In this document: positions 48,934 through 55,868 of the stretch, piece after piece
Layout of the letters: each line of letters begins with the position of its first letter
Numbering within the stretch: position 1 is the first letter of the stretch
From: Polyangia bacterium
GTDB lineage: Bacteria; Myxococcota_A; Polyangia; Fen-1088
Length of the DNA stretch: 55,868 bases
Direction: 5' to 3'
Assembly (NCBI GenBank): GCA_035546175.1
Contig: DASZWW010000039.1
Span: 1 to 55,868, forward strand
The notes under the pieces: generated by a model
What the model was told of the DNA's origin: nothing
What the model saw: only the letters and a program-made list of their open reading frames with translations
The model's database searches: none
Made by a program: the position numbers and the translations under genes

Positions 48934-49563
48934 ATGATCACCGCCGCCGAAGCCGTGCGCCGCCTGCAAGAGGGCAACATCCGTTTCCAGATGAACGTGC
49001 GCGGGCCGGAGGCCTTCCTCACGCAGAGCCGGCGCGAGGAGCTCAAGAACAACCAGGAGCCGTTCGCCATCATCCTGGGGTGCGCCGACTCGCGCGTGCC
49101 GGCCGAGATCGTCTTCGACCAGGGGCTCGGTGATCTCTTCGTCATCCGCATCGCGGGCAACATCGTCGCGCCGTCGGGCATCGGCAGCGTCGAGTTCGCG
49201 GCCTCGAAGTTCGGCACCAAGCTGGTCGTCGTGCTCGGCCACCAGCGCTGCGGCGCGATCCTCTCGACGCTCGAGGAGCTCAAGCGGCCCACCGAGAACC
49301 AGTCGCGCAACCTCCGCTCGATCGTCGACCGCGTGCGCCCCGCGATCGAGAAGCTGCTCGACGCCGAGCTCACCCTCGGCCACGAGGACCTCGTCCGCGA
49401 GGCCGTGCGCGCGAACATCCGCGCCTCGGTGCGGAACCTGCGCAAGGGCTCCGAGATCATCGAGCAGCTCGTGCAGGACGGCAGCCTCACGATCGTCGGC
49501 GCCGAGTACTCGCTCGAGACCGGCGTCGTCGATTTCTTCGACGGCGTGCCCGCGGGCAGGTGA
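48934..49563 (+). CDS. Beta-class carbonic anhydrase
   Basis: ATG 48934. Zn ligands CADSR and HQRCG. FVIRIAGN. Confidence 0.85.
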   Translation: MITAAEAVRRLQEGNIRFQMNVRGPEAFLTQSRREELKNNQEPFAIILGCADSRVPAEIVFDQGLGDLFVIRIAGNIVAPSGIGSVEFAASKFGTKLVVVLGHQRCGAILSTLEELKRPTENQSRNLRSIVDRVRPAIEKLLDAELTLGHEDLVREAVRANIRASVRNLRKGSEIIEQLVQDGSLTIVGAEYSLETGVVDFFDGVPAGR

Positions 49564-49609
49564 ACCCGGCGCCGCGGACGGACCGCCGCGCCGCCGTCGG
49601 GCGCGACGG

Positions 49610-51028
49610 TCAGGGAAGCGTCCCCAGGTTCCGCGCCGCCTCGCGGAAGGTCTCGACGGCGGGCGTGGGGCGGCGCGTGAGCGCGGGGTCGTTGGCGAAG
49701 TCGATGGCGAAGAGGCCGAAGCGGCCGTTGTAGCCGTGCGACCACTCGAAGTTGTCGATGAGCGACCAGTGCAGGTACCCGAGCACGTGCGCGCCGTCGG
49801 CGCGGGCGCGATCGAGCGCGTAGAGGTGCGCGCGCAGGAAGTCGGGCCGCAGATCTCCGTGCGCGTCGGCGAGGCCGTTCTCGGTCACGAAGAGCGGCCA
49901 GCCCGACCGGGCGTAGCGCATGAGGACCCGGTACAGGCCCTCGGGGTAGATCTCCCAGCCGAGGTCGCTCGTGGGGCGCTCGGGCGCGGTCGTCGCCTCG
50001 TAGTGCTTGCCGCCGAAGAGGTGGCCCACGGTGAGCTCGCGCGTGTAGTAGTTGAGCCCGAGGAAGTCGAAGCTGCCGGCGAGCGCGGGGAAGGGCTCGT
50101 CGATCGCGGGGGCGCGCGGGAGCTTCGCGCGCAGGCGGCCCGTCGCGACCGCGTCGAGGAACTGCTGGTTGTAGAAGTCGTCGGCGGCGCGCGCCGCGTA
50201 GCGGTCCACGGGGTGCCACGACCGCGGATCGAAGATGCGCACGTTGTGGGCGATGCCGACGCGGGTGGCGCGCCCGTCGCCGTCGGCGTCCTTCGTGTCG
50301 GCGTCGCGCAGGGCCGCGGTCATGAGCGCGTGCGCGCGCTCGAAGGCCGCGAGGGCGCGCACGGCGCGCGCCGGATCCTTCGCGCCCGGCGGCCACTGGC
50401 CGGCGAGGTACCCCTTGGCGACGTAGACGTTGGGCTCGTTGAGCGTGATCCACCAGTCGACGAGATCGCCGAACGCGGCGCCCGCGCGCCGCGCGAAGGC
50501 CGCGAGCGCCGCGGGGGCGCCGTCCCAGTCCCAGCCGCCGCGCGCCGCGACCCAGGGCGGCAGCGTGAAGTGATAGAGCGTCACCATCGGCTCGACGCCG
50601 GCGGCGCGCAGGGCGGCGAACATCTGGCGGTAGCGCGCGGCGGCCGCCTCGTCCCACGCGCCCTCGGTCGGCTCGAGGCGCGCCCACTCGACGCCGAGGC
50701 GGTACATGTTGGCGCCGAGCCGCCGGCACGCCGCGACGTCGTCGCGCCATCGGTTCCACGAGTCGGCCGCGCGCGCCGCGGTCGCGCCGCCCACGACGTG
50801 CGGCGTGCCGTCGTCGTAGCGCCCCTTCTCCCAGTCCGTCCAGTCGGTGCGCGCGCCGCCCTCGACCTGGTAGGCCGACGTCGCCACGCCCAGGAAGAAT
50901 CCGCGCGGCGCGCCCTCGAGCATGTGGTGCGCGGCGATCGCGGCCGGCGAGAACTCGACGGGCTTCGCGCACGCCGCCTCGAGGACGGCGGCCGTCGCGA
51001 GCAGGGCCAGGCTCGAACCACCGCGCAT
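49610..51028 (-). CDS. GH1-family beta-glucosidase with N-terminal export signal
   Basis: GVATSAYQVEGG, acid/base TLNEPN and nucleophile VTENG. The N-terminal MRGGSSLALLATAAVLEAAC looks like a signal or lipoprotein peptide. Confidence 0.85.
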   Translation of the reverse strand: MRGGSSLALLATAAVLEAACAKPVEFSPAAIAAHHMLEGAPRGFFLGVATSAYQVEGGARTDWTDWEKGRYDDGTPHVVGGATAARAADSWNRWRDDVAACRRLGANMYRLGVEWARLEPTEGAWDEAAAARYRQMFAALRAAGVEPMVTLYHFTLPPWVAARGGWDWDGAPAALAAFARRAGAAFGDLVDWWITLNEPNVYVAKGYLAGQWPPGAKDPARAVRALAAFERAHALMTAALRDADTKDADGDGRATRVGIAHNVRIFDPRSWHPVDRYAARAADDFYNQQFLDAVATGRLRAKLPRAPAIDEPFPALAGSFDFLGLNYYTRELTVGHLFGGKHYEATTAPERPTSDLGWEIYPEGLYRVLMRYARSGWPLFVTENGLADAHGDLRPDFLRAHLYALDRARADGAHVLGYLHWSLIDNFEWSHGYNGRFGLFAIDFANDPALTRRPTPAVETFREAARNLGTLP

Positions 51029-51158
51029 CGAAGCGACCCATCATACAGGCGATGCTCAGAAATCTGACGGGGCGGTGGGCGCGGACGCGTCGGAATCGAA
51101 CGATCTCGCGGGCCCGCGGGGCGCGCGGCTGGCACAACGCTTGAAGCTCTCGGCGCGC

Positions 51159-51893
51159 ATGCGAAGCTCCGCCTCGTCGACGAAGGCTCTCTTGGTGCTG
51201 GTCCTCGCTTGCTTCGGGTGGGGGTGCGGCTCCTCGTCCGATCTCAAGCCAGACGCCTCGGGCCAGGCCGGAAAGCAGGGGACCGCGGGCGCGACGGGCG
51301 CGGCCGGCTCCGCGGCCGGAGGGGCCGGCGCGACGGGGGGCGGCGGCTCCGGCGTTGGCGGCGCTGGTGGCAGCGGCGTCGGCGGTACGACGGGCGGCGG
51401 CGGCACGCTCGGCTCCTGTGACAAGGACGAGGACTGCGTGTTCCACTCGGTCTGCTGCGGCGGCACCTGCGACGCCAAGACCGATCCGGCGGCGAAGCCG
51501 GAGGTCTGCGCGACCTCGTGCGCGGTCAGCCTCGGGCCGTCGACGTGCGGCTGCGTGAACCACAAGTGCTCCGCCGATTCGGCCTGCATCGTCACGGGCA
51601 GCGGGCTTTGCCCGTACTGCCCGTTCGGCTACCAGACGGGCGCGACGGGGTGCGCGACCTGCATCTGCGCGGCCGGCGACGGCGGCGTGGACGGCCCCCT
51701 GCACGCGCGCGGCGATTCGTGCGACGACGGGATCGGCTGCGCCAGCGGCCTCGTGTGCAAGGCGATCGGCGATCCCTGCCCCACCTACCCGAAGTGCAAG
51801 CAGTGTTACCTGCCCTGCGGCGACGGGGGCAGCTGCCCGACCGCTGAGCGGTGCGTGCCCCCGGTCGGCCTCGGCGGCGACGTCTGCCTCTGA
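51159..51893 (+). CDS. Tethered Cys-rich lipoprotein
   Basis: ATG 51159. Lipobox CFGWGC, a ~60 aa Gly/Ala/Thr linker, then ~160 aa with 26 Cys by my count (CPYCPFGYQTGATGCATCIC etc.). Confidence 0.65.
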   Translation: MRSSASSTKALLVLVLACFGWGCGSSSDLKPDASGQAGKQGTAGATGAAGSAAGGAGATGGGGSGVGGAGGSGVGGTTGGGGTLGSCDKDEDCVFHSVCCGGTCDAKTDPAAKPEVCATSCAVSLGPSTCGCVNHKCSADSACIVTGSGLCPYCPFGYQTGATGCATCICAAGDGGVDGPLHARGDSCDDGIGCASGLVCKAIGDPCPTYPKCKQCYLPCGDGGSCPTAERCVPPVGLGGDVCL

Positions 51894-51948
51894 CCGCAGC
51901 CCGCCGACGGTGGCTCGCGGCCGCCCGGCGCGGTAAGAAGAGGCGGTC

Positions 51949-52560
51949 ATGGCCACCGCCGCTCCCTCGAGCCCGCCGCCGCGCCGCCCGCTGGGCGCGC
52001 GCTTCTGGGCGTTCATCACCTTCCTGCTGGCGCTCGGCGCGGCCGGCCTCGCCGTGTTCACCTACTCGCTCTACATCCACGATCGCATCGAGCGCGACGA
52101 GCTCGGCAAGCGCGTCGCCGCCTGGGACGGCAAGTTCGACGCGTTCAAGAGCGCCGTGCGCGACATCGACCGACACCTCTCCTCGGTCGTGTACCAGGAG
52201 ATCGACCTGCCGGGCTCGGGGTGGCAGCCCATCGCGGGCGGCTTCTACGTGATCGACCTCGCCGTCGTCCCGCAGGCCAAGGGCGTCAAGGTGCTCGGCA
52301 AGGTCATCAACCCCACGACCGTGACGCACGAGCAGGCGCAGCTCTCGATCAAGATCGGCGAGCACAAGGCGACGTTCGTGTTGCCGCACGTGCCGCCGGG
52401 CGTGGCGCAGCCGTTCGAGGTCGCCGTGCCCGACGTCCCCCCCGCCGACGCCAAGCGCGCCTACCTCGCGCTCGACAGCTCGACGATCTCGTTCTCCAGC
52501 TCGACGACGCGCAAGGGCCCCGACAAGGGGCCGGTCGACACCGACAAGCTGCTCAAGTAG
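51949..52560 (+). CDS. N-terminally anchored hypothetical protein
   Basis: One TM helix (FWAFITFLLALGAAGLAVF) followed by a beta-rich domain of normal composition. No family recognised. Confidence 0.55.
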   Translation: MATAAPSSPPPRRPLGARFWAFITFLLALGAAGLAVFTYSLYIHDRIERDELGKRVAAWDGKFDAFKSAVRDIDRHLSSVVYQEIDLPGSGWQPIAGGFYVIDLAVVPQAKGVKVLGKVINPTTVTHEQAQLSIKIGEHKATFVLPHVPPGVAQPFEVAVPDVPPADAKRAYLALDSSTISFSSSTTRKGPDKGPVDTDKLLK

Positions 52561-52577
52561 CCGGCGCCGGGGAGCCG

Positions 52578-54818
<2,241 letters not shown>

Positions 54819-54862
54819 GCGCCGATGGTATCAGGGGGCGGCGCCCGCCGCTCGCGCCGCGG

Positions 54863-55868
54863 TCAGTTGTCGGAGCAGATCAGGATCTTGCCGCAGGTGT
54901 CCTCGCCCGCGGCGATGATGCCGCCCGAGGGCGACCAGGCGATCGACAGCGGCGTGTAGGTCGGGATCTTCGTGGTCATGGTGCGCGTCGCGACGTTGTA
55001 GATCGCCACCTTCCACTCGTCCGTGGGATCGCCGGCCGCGATCGCGATGGACTTGCCGTCGGGCGAGTACTTCACGGCCTTCACGGCCTCGGGCGTGTTG
55101 GTCGAGTCCGGCAGCACGATCGTCGCTCCCGTGCTCGCGCCGTTCGCCGCGGGCGGGATGTTCCAGAAGCCCACGATGCCGTCGGTCCCGCCGGCGACGA
55201 GCGTCTTGCCGTCGGGCGAGAACGACATCCCGTAGACGCCGTTCATGTCGTTCGACACCGTGATGGGCGTCGGCGTGGTCATGCCCGGCGCGACGTTCGC
55301 GAGCTCGCCCGTCCCGTCGGCGAACCCGAGCGCGAGCCACTGCACCGTGGCCGTCATCGAGGGCGAGAGCGCGAGCGTGAAGCCAGTGCCCCCCGTCATG
55401 ACCGAGAAGCCCGGATCGAGGCCGCCGCCGATGTCGTGCCGCGTGAGCACGCCCGAGTAGTCGATCGACCAGTAGCTCTTGCTGTCCGCCGTGAAGGCGA
55501 CGGCCTGGATGTCGTCGTCGTGGCCGTTGAGCGTGGCCTTGAGCTGGAAGGTCTTGGCGTCGTAGAGCTCGTAGTCGCCGAAGACCGAGCCCACGGCGAG
55601 CCACTTGCCGTCGGGCGAGAAGGCGACGTAGCCCTGCCCCGTCGTGGGGAGGGTCTGTCCCGTGGCCATGGGGACGCTGCCGTTCATCCTCCAGATCTTG
55701 ACCCGGTCGTCGTCGCCGGCCGTCGCCAGGGTGGTGCCGTCGGGCGAGAAGGCCACGTCCCACACGAGCGTGTCGGAGTTCGAGCTCGTCGCCGTGCACG
55801 ACAGGGCGTTGATGTGCAGGTACTCGGTGCACTTCGTGAGGCTCGGCGGCCCCACGATCTGGATCGTC
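54863..55868 (-). CDS. WD40-like beta-propeller protein (5' end probably outside the window)
   Basis: Repeats of the form [57 protein letters not shown] and [16 protein letters not shown]. The reading frame stays open to the right window edge. Confidence 0.7.
   Translation of the reverse strand, partial: TIQIVGPPSLTKCTEYLHINALSCTATSSNSDTLVWDVAFSPDGTTLATAGDDDRVKIWRMNGSVPMATGQTLPTTGQGYVAFSPDGKWLAVGSVFGDYELYDAKTFQLKATLNGHDDDIQAVAFTADSKSYWSIDYSGVLTRHDIGGGLDPGFSVMTGGTGFTLALSPSMTATVQWLALGFADGTGELANVAPGMTTPTPITVSNDMNGVYGMSFSPDGKTLVAGGTDGIVGFWNIPPAANGASTGATIVLPDSTNTPEAVKAVKYSPDGKSIAIAAGDPTDEWKVAIYNVATRTMTTKIPTYTPLSIAWSPSGGIIAAGEDTCGKILICSDN

Overview
This is very GC-rich, tightly packed chromosomal DNA. 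Codon third positions are almost all G/C, so every real gene is shadowed by long Arg/Ala/Gly/Pro-rich ORFs in other frames; I discarded those. Two proteins end in MYXO-CTERM sorting signals and many lipoproteins carry long Gly-rich tethers, so the source is almost certainly a myxobacterium (Myxococcota). I can support about 50 CDSs. I saw no rRNA, tRNA, CRISPR, transposase or phage genes. From left to right the window holds five blocks. (i) A complete six-gene ebo cluster (eboD-E-C on +, eboA-B-F on -). Its minus-strand half continues upstream, without strand change, into lactonase, MFS, binding-protein, lactonase and porin genes. (ii) Three tethered lipoproteins (a 7-blade FG-GAP propeller, a di-haem c-type cytochrome and a PQQ-like propeller), followed by eda. 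(iii) Two translationally coupled giant Cys-rich MYXO-CTERM surface proteins (DUF4114-type and vWA-type) plus a membrane Ser/Thr kinase. (iv) An ECF sigma factor, a zinc anti-sigma factor with a DUF4384-like periplasmic domain, and a secreted caspase-fold protease fused to a beta-barrel, flanked by two paralogous lipoproteins. This is my top candidate for an undescribed signalling system. (v) Housekeeping and miscellaneous genes: PilZ, HelD-like helicase, ArsR-methyltransferase plus metH, miaB, hybrid PAS kinase, cupins, BI-1, beta-carbonic anhydrase, exported GH1, maeB and WD40. All family calls come from reading motifs by eye; none was checked against a database.
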